The notes under the pieces: model-generated | The model's input: the letters and a program-made list of their open reading frames with translations, nothing else | Database searches by the model: none | What the model was told of the DNA's origin: nothing | Translations under genes and position numbers: made by a program | Assembly: GCA_964016885.1 (NCBI GenBank) | Contig: OZ024745.1 | Span: forward strand, 26,970,001 to 27,034,000 | Direction of reading: 5' to 3' | DNA length: 64,000 bases | From: Eledone cirrhosa | Taxonomy: Eukaryota | Part shown: positions 1 to 14,018 of the stretch, in pieces | Layout: the number at the start of each line of letters is the position of its first letter | Position numbering within the stretch: the stretch's first letter is position 1

Positions 1-107
<107 letters not shown>

Positions 108-229
108 GACAGTGCAAATATTATTTAGAATCAGAATGTGTTTTCTTCACAATTTTATTCCCCTCTAAACTGATCTGCTCGCTAAACAACATAACTACTC
201 ATATATTTCTTCTTCAAGCTAGAGCAGCC

Positions 230-450
230 AAATTCATAGATATTATCCAGCCATCTTGCTCCGAGTCTATTCCTGGCTCTCCTGCTGGTTGGTTTTTTCC
301 TCTTAAAATCTATCCAGCAATTCTTTCCTGAGACATTCTAACCACATGCCCGTAATATCGGAGCTGTGATCTTTCAATTCGGAGAAGTAGCGCCTCTACC
401 TGGAGTGACTTTCTGAACTCCGAGTTAAAGCATGGGAGGACTTTAGGGAA
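230..450 (-). mobile_element. Degenerate RTE-like LINE C-terminal fragment
   Basis: Minus strand reads ...LLRIERSQLRYYGHVVRMSQERIA..., matching the RLRWxGHVxRM motif; interrupted by a stop. Confidence 0.6.
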
Positions 451-1280
451 TCCGACTTCAGATCAACAAATAAAGTGATCTGGCAGATCATCGACAGACT
501 TTTATATAGTTGAAAGAAATTGCATTATATTGTCCCAGTGGATCAGTTAAAATGAACAGACTTATATAAATTTATTATTTCCGCCATTTAATGTTATTTT
601 CTCTTTATTTTGTTCTGTGTTTATATCCACTACCACCACCACCATCATCATAATCATCACCACCACCATACTCTTTATATCAGTAGGTATTTTTTGTTGT
701 TTATTTTTTATATATCCCACTATTTTCTTTGTCATGTTAATGTTTTCGTTAACCTATTTGCTTCTTATATTTTCTTTTCTCGTCTTTTTCTTTATTTTCT
801 TTTATATATTTTCCCACCACTTCTCTCCTTTTTTGTTGTTGTGGTTCTAGTTGGTGTTGTTATTGTTGTGCTTTTTGTAAAAAAAAAGCTGCAAAGTTTG
901 CCAGAAGTGTTTCAGTTATTTACCTACCTATGGTGTTGAATATTTGTCGGTCTTTTTTTATTATTTTCTTCGTCGGCGGAGCAGGGTGCGCCATTTCTAT
1001 TGCATTTATGCCGGATAAGGATATCGGTGATTTTTTATTTAGGGGAGGGGGGTACCAGTTTTGTGACAGTACCCATGACCTCTTTATTTTTTTTATTTAT
1101 TTTTTGCATGATAGGACCTCAGAGATTGGTCGAAGAAAAGAAGGAAGTTATCCTCAAACCAGCAAGGCAACTGATCTTAAAACGCTTCTTTTTGTTATTA
1201 CTGTAAGGAGTCTGACCATGGCTTTTAAAAACGATCTGCCTTTAAGTGTATACTTCACTTGCTAATTTTTAAAACAAGAA

Positions 1281-1463
1281 ATAATTGTTTCTACTATTGG
1301 CACAAGGCCAGCAATTATCAGTGCATTACTGGTACTTTATTTTATCGACCTCGTAAGGATGAAAGGCAAAGTTAACCTCGGCGGGATTTGAACTCAGAAT
1401 AGCAAGGGCCGTAACTCTATGCCTCAAAGAATGGCGTCCGCTCCTCTACCGATACTGCCAATC
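1281..1463 (-). mobile_element. tRNA-derived SINE, family 1
   Basis: Reverse complement of the 24710-24898 copy, with A box, B box GAGTTCAAATCC and core GCCTTTCATCC..GGTCGATAAA. Confidence 0.9.
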
Positions 1464-1465
1464 CT

Positions 1466-1660
1466 AATGATTTCTAATTTAGGCACAAAGCCAACAATTT
1501 GAAAAAGTCGATTGCGAAGACTCCATCGTCTGGTACTTTATTTTATCGACCTCGAAAGAAAGAAACTTTGCCGAGACTAAACTCAGAACTTAGAAAGTTA
1601 TAACTAAAATCTGCTAAGTATTTTGTCCGATGTTCTATCGATACTGTCAGTCGACCACCC
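1466..1660 (-). mobile_element. Older diverged SINE copy, in tandem with the previous one
   Basis: tttatcgacc, aactcagaac and ggcacaaagcc motifs retained. Confidence 0.75.
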
Positions 1661-2925
1661 TGAGAACAGTGGTAACTCTCAGGAGAGTTAATAGTTAGTC
1701 ATAGAAACGATTGATTTTATTTTGTATTTGTTTTATCTTTATTGCAATAAAATATATACAAAATATAATAAACGCGATTCTAAAATCGAATATAGGCTGT
1801 TCATGATTTTACTAAAACGAATAACGTAGGGGGGAGTATTTTCCTTCACAAATATAAAACGAATGTTCCAATCAGAATGAAATATTTTGAGGTAATAGAT
1901 TTTTGATTATTGGAAATAAAAATATTTTCCATTGATTTCAGCTCAGATTACAAACGATCAATATTCTTGCAGTTGAAATGATAGGTACATGACAAGCGTT
2001 AAGAGAACAACTGTTTGCATGTATATACGCAACTACAACAAGGAGAAAGCAATTTGAGCAGAGAAAAATGGTCCGTAAATGTTTCAATCTAGAAACGATT
2101 TAGTTAAGTCGGTTATTTCTATTTTATGTCTTCAATATTTCTCCCATTTGGAACTGATTTCTTTGTGTTTCACAGAATAATTTACTACAGAATCTAATTC
2201 ATAGATTCTTTAGGATCATCAACTATCCTTACACTAATATATTCCACTTAAATTATCGTTTAAGGCAGGTATTATTCAACGATACAATTCGAACTTCGTG
2301 TGCTGTTGTGACACATTTTTAACCTTTACTTCTTTCCAGGGAAAACATAGACAATACCAAACCTTCTTTATTCACACATTTTTGTCGGTTTTCACATCAT
2401 CCTCAAGTAAATATGTTATTTCTTAGCTGAGAAAATCCTGTATGGGAACCGAAGGAAATATTACAAATACATTTTGAGCTACATATTCATTGTAAACAAA
2501 ACCCAAGGGAGACGTTTCATTTTTCTTATTCCATTCAAGTAATATTGTATATTAAACACTTTCTTTATCAGTTAGGCTAACAAATGTCATTCATTCATTT
2601 TGACCTAAGTATTTGTAATCCTCACGTAGTTTTATTAGGTTTTATGCTCAGTCTTTTCACTTTTATATGATACAATATTTTCCTTTTCACACATACACAC
2701 TTGCTAGAATATCGTTCATTTGACTAGTAAAAACTGCTTTAGAAACCTGTTATAGATTTCAGACGTTATTCTGATTTTCTAGTGAACGATAGTTTTGAGG
2801 TTAGCCTACTTTAGAGTTTTTATGAAGCTAAAACGATAATTTAACTCTATTTATTATTAATCTATCTCCCTTTCTTTCTCTTTCTCTCTCGCCCTCCCTT
2901 TCTCTCTCTCTATCTCTCTTGCTCA

Positions 2926-2967
<42 letters not shown>

Positions 2968-3520
2968 GTGTGTGTATGTGTGTGTGTGTGTGTGTGTGCT
3001 TCGGAGGGAATAATATTAGAGAATAGTCCTTGATATACTCCCACAAAGATGTTGATTATATGCCTAATCCTTTAAGTTTGGCCTGAGGCTAATCAACAAC
3101 TGAATCGTTTCCGAACCGACGAGAGACCCTTTTCATAGTCGTTCACCCACCTAGAAATAGCAACCAAAAACCCCACCCTGCTATTTTAGAAAATAAATGA
3201 TATATTGGACAACATAGTCATGGTAAAAACATCTTTGCTCATTGACAGACAAAACAACTGTCTGTGATATCTAAACCAAATCATGCTCTATAATAGCATT
3301 AATCCTGAATAGATTGTATATATTATAGTATATACTACGTGTCTCGAACTCAAGGACTCAAAAGGGCCATTACGTCATGGAAGAGAGGCTCAGAAGGCCA
3401 AAAGTATGACGTGGGTAGGGTGTGATTTCCACTAGTATTAATGCTAATCTGCAATGTAGATGATAAGCTGTAATTTATTATTTTTTTAAGATGTATGATT
3501 TAGTAAGGTTTAACGGTTAT

Positions 3521-3742
3521 ATATGTATATAAGTATAAAGAAAGTGGTCAAGTGCAGAAACGTTATGAAGATAGCTTATAAAATAGGGGGAAGGCTCTTA
3601 AAAGATGGCCGAAGACAACTTCTTTCTCCGTCTTTTAAGGAGCTTCATCCAATTTTATAAGCTAACATATATATCTAAATAAAGAAACATATCTTTATAG
3701 CATTTCTGCGCCTGAGCACTTTCTTTATACTTATAGATATAC
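3521..3742. repeat. Old imperfect fold-back (inverted repeat)
   Basis: tataagtataaagaaagtg...tagcttataaaat...cttaaaagatgg pairs with ccgtcttttaag...attttataagcta...cactttctttatacttata. Confidence 0.75.
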
Positions 3743-3790
3743 ATATATTCTCAGCGCTTCAAAGGACTAAATTCCGCACCGTACATTGTT

Positions 3791-3833
<43 letters not shown>

Positions 3834-3896
3834 TACATATATATATATATATATATATATACAGTATATATATATATATATATATACAGTACATCT

Positions 3897-3938
<42 letters not shown>

Positions 3939-3950
3939 TTAATATAGATG

Positions 3951-4001
3951 AGATTCTACAGGACTAGAACTGTTTCATTCATTAGAAATCATCAGGAATC
4001 T
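3951..4001 (-). ncRNA. Type I hammerhead ribozyme (family Q)
   Basis: Exact reverse complement of 6548-6598. Confidence 0.9.
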
Positions 4002-4499
4002 GGGTATCAAAAAATAAATATGGTATTTATAGGTCTCTACAAGTGGTAGGAGAGGGTGGGGAGTTCGATGGGTGCAGGTCATTGGTTGATAGAAAAGGGA
4101 ATTCATTAAAAGCTAATTCTACAAAGCTATAGTTAATTTTTATTTTTATTTATATTTATTTATGTTTTTAGAGTAACAAAGGCAGACAGAATTCTATAAA
4201 CAGGTTCCGGATGGCATACCATTCCTTGTCAATAAGTTTCTCTTAAGCTAACAGATGTCTATAAAATCAGTGGGGGGTCAGTCAAGCTCGATAGAATTAA
4301 AGAAGAGGGAGATTCTTTAAAAGCTAAAGTCATTAAGGTTCTACTAAGTGACAAAGGTCTAGGGAATTCTGCAGACAGATTCAAAATACTGAGTGCATAT
4401 CTTACTATTATCTTCGAACTTCTCTTAAACTAATCAACAATATGCCAAAATCAACAGACACATTCACAAAAAAACAAAAAAACAAAAAAACAAAAAAAC

Positions 4500-4709
4500 A
4501 GAAAAACAAAAAAAACACACATACTCACTCACACACTTACGCGCAGCCATAAACACACACACAAACACATATACACACATAAAAACACACACACATATAT
4601 AAAAAATATATAAATATATATAAAAATATATATTCATGTACACACACATACATACACACATACATACATACATACATATATAAAATACATATACACATAT
4701 ACATACGCA

Positions 4710-4740
<31 letters not shown>

Positions 4741-4782
4741 ATGTATATATATATATACATATATACATATATATACAAACAC

Positions 4783-4821
<39 letters not shown>

Positions 4822-4860
4822 TACACACACATATATATACATATATATATATATACATAC

Positions 4861-4933
<73 letters not shown>

Positions 4934-5080
4934 GACATACACACACACATATATACACAAATAAATAGACTCACACGCATACATACAAACACGAGTATAC
5001 ATATGTATAAATATCTATACACACACACATACACACACATATATATATACATATACATACACATATATATACACATACAT

Positions 5081-5161
<81 letters not shown>

Positions 5162-5194
5162 TATATATCTATATCTCTATACACACACATACAA

Positions 5195-5236
<42 letters not shown>

Positions 5237-5387
5237 ATACATACACAAACATACACATACATACACAGACCTATACATAAATATACGCATATATATACAG
5301 ACATATAACGCACATATACACACACATATATACATACACATACATATACACATACATATACATATATATACATATACATATATATAC

Positions 5388-5446
<59 letters not shown>

Positions 5447-5457
5447 CACATACATAC

Positions 5458-5505
<48 letters not shown>

Positions 5506-5646
5506 GCGCATACACACATACACACACCCACACACAAAATATATATACACGCACACTCTCTCTCTCATGCACATATATATATATATATATATATACATAC
5601 ACACACACATACACACACACATACACATATATATACATATATATAC

Positions 5647-5729
<83 letters not shown>

Positions 5730-5792
5730 CATACATATATATACATATATACACACACCTGCCCACACAATCATATACATATATATATACAC

Positions 5793-5888
<96 letters not shown>

Positions 5889-5892
5889 GCAC

Positions 5893-5923
<31 letters not shown>

Positions 5924-5964
5924 TACATATACATATATACATATACACACATATATATATATAC

Positions 5965-6012
<48 letters not shown>

Positions 6013-6068
6013 ATATACATGCATACATATATATATATATATATACATACACACATATATATATACAC

Positions 6069-6099
<31 letters not shown>

Positions 6100-6233
6100 T
6101 ACATATACACATATATATACACACATATACACACACATACATACATACACACATACACAGACATATACATAAACATACACACACACATATACACACGTAT
6201 ACATACATACATACATACACATACATACACACA

Positions 6234-6315
<82 letters not shown>

Positions 6316-6477
6316 CATACATATACACAAACACATACATACATATACATACAAAAATATACACACATAAAACACATATACACACAAACATATATATATA
6401 CACATTCACATACACAAATATATATATATATATATATACATATACACACACATATATATACACACATACATATACAC

Positions 6478-6524
<47 letters not shown>

Positions 6525-6545
6525 CACATATATATATATATATAC
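4500..6545. repeat. Compound (TA)n/(CA)n/(CATA)n microsatellite
   Basis: Seen directly. Confidence 0.98.
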
Positions 6546-6547
6546 CC

Positions 6548-6598
6548 AGATTCCTGATGATTTCTAATGAATGAAACAGTTCTAGTCCTGTAGAATCT
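6548..6598 (+). ncRNA. Type I hammerhead ribozyme (family Q)
   Basis: AGATTC-CTGATGA-stem II-GAAA-CAG ttctagtc CTG-TA-GAATCT: perfect 6-bp stem I, intact core, GUA cleavage triplet. Confidence 0.92.
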
Positions 6599-6702
6599 CA
6601 TCTATATTAAAACTGTTATACTCTGCTATGTATTGAGTACCTTACTTACTGTGGTTACCTCCGATTCAACCCGGAATAACGTATATATATATATATATAT
6701 AT

Positions 6703-6910
6703 ATAGGAACGAGTAGGACCCCGACGGCTGAGCTCAAGCCGTTTCGACGGCTAATTCTGGACTAAATTTAGTCCAGAAATAGCCGTCGAAACAGCTTGAG
6801 CTCAGCCGTCGGGGTCCTACTCGTTCCTATTACCCACTCTACTACCCTAAGTATTGAGTACTTTGGTGCGTTATGGTCCATCTGGTTCCTTACCACATTT
6901 CTTTCGCTAT
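6703..6910 (+). mobile_element. Miniature PLE-type hairpin element (family H), copy 1
   Basis: Near-perfect palindrome 6703-6830 carrying the HHR 3' half (GAAA-cagc..gccg-TC-ggggtc) plus an 80-nt tail; (TA)n on both sides. Confidence 0.85.
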
Positions 6911-6939
6911 ATATATATAGATATATAGATATATTTTTA

Positions 6940-7000
<61 letters not shown>

Positions 7001-7001
<1 letters not shown>

Positions 7002-7190
7002 TAGGAAAATGTTTAACCCCGACGGCAGAGGTCAAGCCGTTTCGACTGCTATTTCTGTCCAGAAATAGCAGACGAAACGGCACTGCCGTCGGGGTTAAAC
7101 ATTTTCCTATTACCCACTCTACTACCCTAAGTATTGAGTACTCTAGTGCGTTATGGTCCATCTGGTTCCTTACCACACTTCCTTCGTTAT
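7001..7190 (+). mobile_element. Family H hairpin element, copy 2
   Basis: Palindrome 7001-7110 ending TTCCTAT, same tail as copy 1. Confidence 0.85.
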
Positions 7191-7213
7191 ATATATATAT
7201 ATATATATATATA

Positions 7214-7428
7214 GTGGTAGAACACTGGAAGGTAATATATGTAGTGGTAGAGCACTCAGTCCATGGGGACGAGTTAGGTAGAAGTGGTTACACAACAGTT
7301 AGTTCACCTTACCGAGAACAATTGTTTCACCTTAGCGGATCCTCAGCTCGTAATTACGAGTTGAGGATCCGCTAAGGTGAAACAATTGTTCTCGGTATGA
7401 TGAACTAACTGTTGTGTAACCACTTCTA
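7214..7428 (-). mobile_element. Miniature PLE-type hairpin element (family R)
   Basis: Palindrome 7279-7428 plus a 65-nt tail on the left; TA flanks. Confidence 0.85.
7313..7350 (-). ncRNA. Minimal type I hammerhead ribozyme (family R)
   Basis: CGAG-CTGAGGA-tccgctaaggt-GAAA-CAATTG-TT-CTCG with palindromic stem III; the plus-arm copy 7357-7394 has a C>T change in the core. Confidence 0.8.
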
Positions 7429-7429
7429 T

Positions 7430-7803
7430 ATATTAATAAAAGGAATTCCAACTTTGTCTGATTTACTCGTTTTATTTACAATCCTTTAAAATTTATAATT
7501 GTTTCTACTTTTGGCACAAGGCCAGCAAGTACCCAGTATATTACTGGTACTTTATTTTATCGACCCCGTAAGGATGAAAGGCAAAGTTAACCTCGGCGGT
7601 ATTTGAACTCAGACCGTAAAGGGACGTAACTATGCTGGAAAGCATGGCGTCCGACTCTCTACTGATACTGCCAATCCATTTATAATGGTATTAGAATGAA
7701 GTTATAAATTTTAAAGGATTGTAAATAAAACGAGTAAATCAGACAAAGTTGGAATTCCTTTTATTAATATAATCTTCTATACACAATCATACACACCCGT
7801 GTA

Positions 7804-7812
<9 letters not shown>
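7430..7812 (+). mobile_element. Fold-back element (family S) interrupted by a SINE
   Basis: 7430-7498 is the reverse complement of 7703-7770; ~40-nt tail then (TA)n. Confidence 0.7.
7499..7677 (-). mobile_element. tRNA-SINE family 1 with ATTTATAAT target-site duplication
   Basis: Full SINE consensus, atttataat on both sides. Confidence 0.9.
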
Positions 7813-7842
<30 letters not shown>

Positions 7843-7898
7843 CAAACTTTTTCATATGTAACCCATTTGCAACGCCGCAGCTCCATTATTATCATATT

Positions 7899-7940
<42 letters not shown>

Positions 7941-7949
7941 TAAAAGTCT

Positions 7950-8205
7950 AAAGCCTGTCTCGAACCAGGAGGCTCATCGGGTCGGTGCTTAACCTTGTTT
8001 CCGACTGAGAGTGAGAGTACAAAACTTGACGGGAGACCTGTTCATGGCAGGGTTAAAACCCCAGCTATTGCTGGAACTAATTTTCAGCTGAGTATACTGG
8101 AGCAACGTGAAATGAAGTGTTTTACTCAAGAACACAACACGCAACCCAGTCCAGGAATGAACCCACGAGATTATGATTGTAAGCCCAACACCCTTACTGC
8201 GTCTC
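7950..8205 (-). mobile_element. Second tRNA-derived SINE family (V-domain-like core)
   Basis: ctggagcaacgtgaaatgaagtgttttactcaagaacacaac; related copy at 52240-52392. Confidence 0.7.
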
Positions 8206-8436
8206 CACTGTATATGTGTATGCATATATGTATTTCTCATTCTTTCTTATGATTAAAGACTAACGTCCGAAACGTTAACCCTCTTCCTGCTATTTAAAGC
8301 GTTAACCTAATGTATTCCTTCCATATACTGTACCGATTGTGGTCTTATTTCTATTTACCTTTTACATAGGGGGAGGGTGTAGGAGTATGTATATGTTTGT
8401 TTGCGTCTATCATAAAAGTTCCATAATTATAAACGA

Positions 8437-8943
8437 CTAGCAGAAAAACCACCCTACGGCTGGTTTTCTGCTAGCAGGTGTAGTGTGTATATTGATATTA
8501 TACACAAATATATATGCATGTAAATATGATACATCAAATAAAATCGTAATTGACAATATACACAGAAATTGAACAAAGCCTATGTTACACTGTCTTCTGT
8601 AATCAGTAATCCATGATATATTAAAAAAAGACGACATTATAAGTAAACTGCATTAGGAGAAAATTAGCGACGGAAATATATGCGATTATAAGTGTTATAA
8701 TATAACGGACGCTAACCGGAAGTGTTGACATTTGATAATTTTAAAGAAGTGAATTTTAAAGATTAAGCTATAAAATATATTTAATCAACAGCCACGAAAT
8801 TTAGCACATAAATTATGTAATATTCATTATTATGTAATATTCATTCAATATTTATTCAAAGTAATCCAACTTATTTTACAAACGGAGTAAAAAAAATATA
8901 TTCTGGACGCAATCCCGCAGACCTTCCTTTATTATAGTTAAGA
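8437..8943 (-). mobile_element. Non-autonomous Helitron-like element
   Basis: Minus strand starts TC(TTAACTATAATAAAG) and ends with a short hairpin plus CTAG; its 5' end recurs at 61522. Confidence 0.7.
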
Positions 8944-8962
8944 TATACACACACTCACACAT

Positions 8963-9037
<75 letters not shown>

Positions 9038-10009
9038 TGGCGAAAGAGAGAGATATAGAGAGAGAGAGAGAAATTTTGTTTTTTAAGAAAAATATGCCAG
9101 TGACTTCGAAGTTTGTACTATGTTACCACTTCAGATTGCAGTCTGATGAGGTAACACAACTAACTTTTTTCTTCGAAACATAAAACATATTGAATGCTTA
9201 TTCAGGTAATTTTTGGCGGTTTTGTATATGTATATCTATGTGTATATGGGAAGGGTGTTTACCTGTATATGCGGTTATGAGCGCGCGTGTACCATTGTTA
9301 TGTATTGTGTGGATATCTGACTACTATTTTGTGAATAAATATGTTTGTAAATCATATATTATTATTATACGTTTACTATACGTGTGTAGTCATCTATTAT
9401 TTTTTTTTTTAGTATCAAATTGATTGTATGTGTATGCTCTATACTACGTATATGCGTATTTTATATTGTTAGGGGGGTGTAACAGTAGCGAAGAGAATTA
9501 TTTTATTTTATTAAAAGAAAAGGTAAATAAAAAAAAAATCTAACTTTTATTTTTAAGAGGAGAATCTGCAACTGTTTAACGAGAATGAATTTTCATAGTT
9601 ATTAACGAAGTGTGAATTTATTAAGCGTCCATAATTTGTTAACGATGGATAACAATCAAAAGAACAAGTGAAGTCTCCGAAAGTGGCGACAGTACGCCAG
9701 ACTTGTCTTTTGTTACTGCCTGAAAAAAAAAAAAATAACATTAAAAGAAGATATACGACATTAGGCGAAAAAAAAAAGATATTCAAATGAAAAGAAGAAA
9801 AAGTAAAATAAAAAAAATCACACTTTCACAAAAAGAAAGAAAAAAGTGTGGAAATATATTCAATATGTCACCATACGAAATGCATACTGGTTTGTTGTTG
9901 TTATGTTTTTAGTTCTTTGTTCGTTTAATTACTGAATACGTTTAGCTGTTTACCTGTTGTAAATATGTAAATATGCGTGTGTGTGTGTAAACGAGTGTAT
10001 AAACGAGTG

Positions 10010-10385
<376 letters not shown>

Positions 10386-10398
10386 GTTATTCGTTCGT

Positions 10399-10449
<51 letters not shown>

Positions 10450-10490
10450 TATTGTTGAGACGAAAACAGAAAAATTGAATATTCCCTCAA

Positions 10491-10630
10491 AATAATTGTT
10501 TCTACTTTTGGCACAAGGCCAGCAAATACCCAGTGAATTACTGGTACTTTATTTTTTCGACCCCGTAAGGATGAAAGACAAAGTTAACCGCGGCGGGATT
10601 TGAACTCAGAATGGCAAGGGCCGTAACTGC
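10491..10630 (-). mobile_element. tRNA-SINE family 1, 5' truncated
   Basis: Match to the SINE consensus. Confidence 0.85.
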
Positions 10631-10639
10631 CATTCTGTC

Positions 10640-11457
10640 CCTCAAAATAATAAAGGAAGGAGAGAATTTATAAGAGAAAAACATCGCCATATTAAGGAAG
10701 AGCAGTTTGAAATCAGGATTAGGGAAGTAGCTGGTGTGTTTGGACAGCATGGGAGACAGTGGAACAAAGGAAGGTGACAAGGAAAATATTATGGGAAACA
10801 GAACTGATCAGGGTGTAATTCTCCTGAGAGCAGTGTATCGTGAGTTCCCATCTTCAGTAGACAGTGGTATTTAGACTGACAATGAGTGTCATTGGTATCA
10901 AAGTTATGCATCATTGGAACATGTTCTGACAGCATGTAATCCACCTTTGGTAGAGTAGGCTTGGCTACATAACCAAGTCCTCAGTTTCATCAGTAATATA
11001 TTACAAAAGCAATCCAGTAGTGTTATTCAAGGAAAAACAATGCAAATCTACATCCTATTGTCTTCCACAAGGAAAGTGAGAAAGTATAGCGCAGGAGAAG
11101 AAAATATGAACTCAGAACCCAGACTTCTTCGAGGCCCCAATGATTGGAAAGTACAGGCTGTCCTAAAAAAAAGCGCCAGTATTTACAAGCCATATTGTTA
11201 TAACAACACTAGGCCCTTACCTTATGACATAGTCAGGCTTGACAAAGTTCGGATTGTTGAGCTGACAATGTTTGGGAGAGACAATATGGAATGGGCTAAT
11301 GAAAGAGAGTACTTAAAATATGAAGATCTAAAAGAGTCGTGTGGGGTTCGAGGATAGCACTTGATGTAGGATATTGTGGAGTTTTACCTGGATCCAACAA
11401 GTCGTATCTGGCTGGTGTTGGATTTAGAAAAGGGAGTCGAGAGGTGATTCAAGAAAT
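10640..11457 (+). mobile_element. Degenerate HERO-like RLE non-LTR retrotransposon (3' part); resumes at 13370-13600
   Basis: Broken frames give LLRAVY..., SLEHVLTAC...WLHNQVL, NDWKVQA..., DIV...IVELT, KYEDL (CCHC plus PD-D/ExK endonuclease region). Confidence 0.65.
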
Positions 11458-13370
11458 GCAGCCACGCAGTTCTTCAATAGCTGCCCACCGGAACCAGCAT
11501 CCAGGGACTCCAGGCACCTCATTGTCAAGCTTGACATGAGGAATGCCTTTAACTGCATACGCCGAGACCATCTGCCCAATGCCTGCCTCAGCCGAGCCCC
11601 CTCCACCTACCCACTGGCCTACTTGTCATATGGAGCCTCGAGTATGCTCTTTGCTGCAAACACGGTCATACCATCGGCCACTGGGGTCCAACAGAACGAC
11701 CCTTTGGGCCTCCTCCTGTTTGCCCTTGGAATAGACCACATTGCCCGGAGTATCACGGCCCCTCTCAACGTTTGGTACCTGGATGATGCTACGCCAGGCG
11801 GGCCCGTGGAGACTGCCTGCCGTGACCTTCAATCGGTGGTTCCTGCCCTGGCGGGAATCGGCCTCCAGGTCAACTCGTCCAAGTCGGAGGTGGTGAATGT
11901 CAGCTATGATGCTGAGAGCTTTGCAGCCTCTGTCTTGGACGTGTGGTCCTTTCTCCACCAGGTTTAGGTGACCCCCAAAGAGGTTGTCCTCATCCTCGGG
12001 TCACTGATCCACTCGCCGGCTATCCGCTCCACCATCAGGTCTAGGTTCCAACAACTCCAGGCCCTCGCGAACCGACTGGGCTTGATCAACGGTCGACCAG
12101 CTCTCTTCCTGTTGATGAACTGCTTCGCCATGCCGAAGCTCCTCTACACCCTTCACAGCGCTCCGTGCTACAGCCACGCATCTCTCCTCACTGACCTCGA
12201 TACTTGTATCCGAACGGCAGCTGAGGAGATATGCAACGTCATGGTTTGATGACATTGGATGACAACAGGCCACTTTACCTGTCAGATATGGCGGGCTTAG
12301 CCTCCGGTCCCCAATTTGCTGGCGTTGCCGGCGTTTCTTTCATCGGTAACCTCATGCCGCGTCCTCGTCAGCAGGGTTCTCAAAAACACAATAGAACCCT
12401 CTGTGTTCAAGGAACGTGAGGTCGCCTGTGAGACGTGGGACAGGCTGGGAATTAGCCTGGTAGACGTCCCTCCGCCTTCTCCCCCTGCTGACGTCAAGTC
12501 CCCCCAAAGCGTATGGGATGCCATCCAGTGCAGCCTGGCCTCAGACAGGCTCACGCGCCAGCTCGACCAGCACCACCTTGCCTGTTTCCGCGCGGCCTTC
12601 AAACCCCACAGTGGTGCCTGGCTTCATGCCTTGCCTTCCTTCTCCACTGGCACGCAGCTGGATAACGATAGCCTGCGCATCGGCGTTTCCTTGAGGCTTG
12701 GACGCCGGATCTGCGAGCCACATAAATGTCGCTGTGGATCCACCGTGGACTCTTTCGGACTCCACCCGCTTTCCTGTCGCCAAAGTGCAGGTCGCCTTCC
12801 ACGCCATGCTGCCCTCAACAGGGTTATTAATCATGTCTTGGACGTTACACGCTTCCCCTCCCAGCTCGAGCCGGTGGGGTTGGACCGAGGGGATGGCAAA
12901 AGGCCAGACGGTATGACCATCTTCCCGTTCCGCGGTGGCAAAACCCTCGTCTAGGATGCTACTTGCAGCGACACTTTCTCCAGCCACAACCTGGTGCAGT
13001 CTGTGACTAACCCAGGAACTGCTGCACGTTGGACTGAGGAGGCCAAACTCTCCAAGTACTGGACGCTCTCCGACAGGTTCGTGGTCGTGCACTTGGCAGT
13101 GGAAACTTCTGGTGTCCTGGACCCTAAGGCTACCTTCCTATTCACCACCATAGGCGCTGAGCTGGCCAGACGCAGGTGTGAGCTTCGCGAGTTGGAATGG
13201 CTCTTCCAGCGCATCTCCCTTACCATCCTCTGGAGAAACGCCTTCTCCATCCTGTCCGCCGGGGCTGTGGAGAGGCCAGCACGTGGGACCCCATTTGCTC
13301 ATCATACGGATTAATAGGCAAAGTTATAAACTATTGTAATTAAACCTATTTATTTGTTTAAAAAAAAAAG
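11458..13370 (+). mobile_element. 5'-truncated CRE-clade RLE retrotransposon, pseudogenised, with poly(A) tail
   Basis: KLDMRNAFN, GVQQNDPLG, WYLDD, SGAWLHALP, CRCG..HPLSC, RH, GKRPDG motifs; in-frame stops; GC-rich; A-tail at 13360. Confidence 0.88.
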
Positions 13371-13633
13371 AAAACGGTTAAGCATCATTGCGAATGTGGT
13401 TACAGCAGCATCACGATTCTAGTAAGAGCAGCATAGTAACGTGAAAATGTGTATTACTGAGTAGACTATAAAGTCCGCACGTATCCTGATAGTATCAACC
13501 CTGTCTGGTAATGGTGGAGGGAGTGATGCTATTGGAAAGAACCTAAATCGTAGAGATCTCTAGTCAGTCGACAGCTCGTGAAAGGAAAATCCTGCATTGC
13601 AAGCTGTGTCGAATATACATATATATATATATA

Positions 13634-14018
13634 TTTAAAGGTTAAACAAGGTTCAATGAATAAAGTTTTACATTATATTACTTTATCTAAATTATTTTAA
13701 TTTCTAACAGTTATGTAGGTTTATATTATATTAGTAGTTATTTATTATTATGTATCTTTATAAGCTTTCTCACACGCACCCTCTGTACTATATGTAATTT
13801 TTTCATGTCTCAATCTTAAGGTATATAAATATTGAGTTTTGTCCTAACTTATTCACTGCCATGACTGAATTTTAACCATCAACATAGTCAAGGTGTGTCA
13901 AGCATCATCTTATTTTATGTGATGAGGACGTACTGTTGAAAATAGCCCAGTACCTCTGAAATATGTATAATAAAATATACTTGATCACATGAATGACTAT
14001 ATTTGTTAATATTTTAAA

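Larger units (their letters stand above)
3935..6681. mobile_element. PLE-type fold-back insertion (family Q) with inverted HHR-bearing termini around a ~2 kb compound TA/CA microsatellite
   Basis: 3935-4007 is the reverse complement of 6542-6615; the right arm has a ~65-nt extra tail; both ends abut (TA)n. Confidence 0.75.

Noticed and set aside
930-1265. 111-aa ORF as a host exon
   Set aside because: No recognisable domain or splice evidence.
4464-6601. Long ORFs of YI/CV/HT repeats (also 25000-29000, 36800-38200, 42000-42900, 45700-46100)
   Set aside because: Stop-free translations of dinucleotide microsatellites, not genes.
6545-7935. CRISPR-like repeat/spacer array
   Set aside because: The repeats are variable (TA)n runs, the spacers are retroelement ends, and there are no cas genes in this eukaryotic context.
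9141-9190. CTGATGA...GAAA motif (also CTGATGA at 23143 and 59987)
   Set aside because: No convincing stems I-III; chance matches or too decayed to call.
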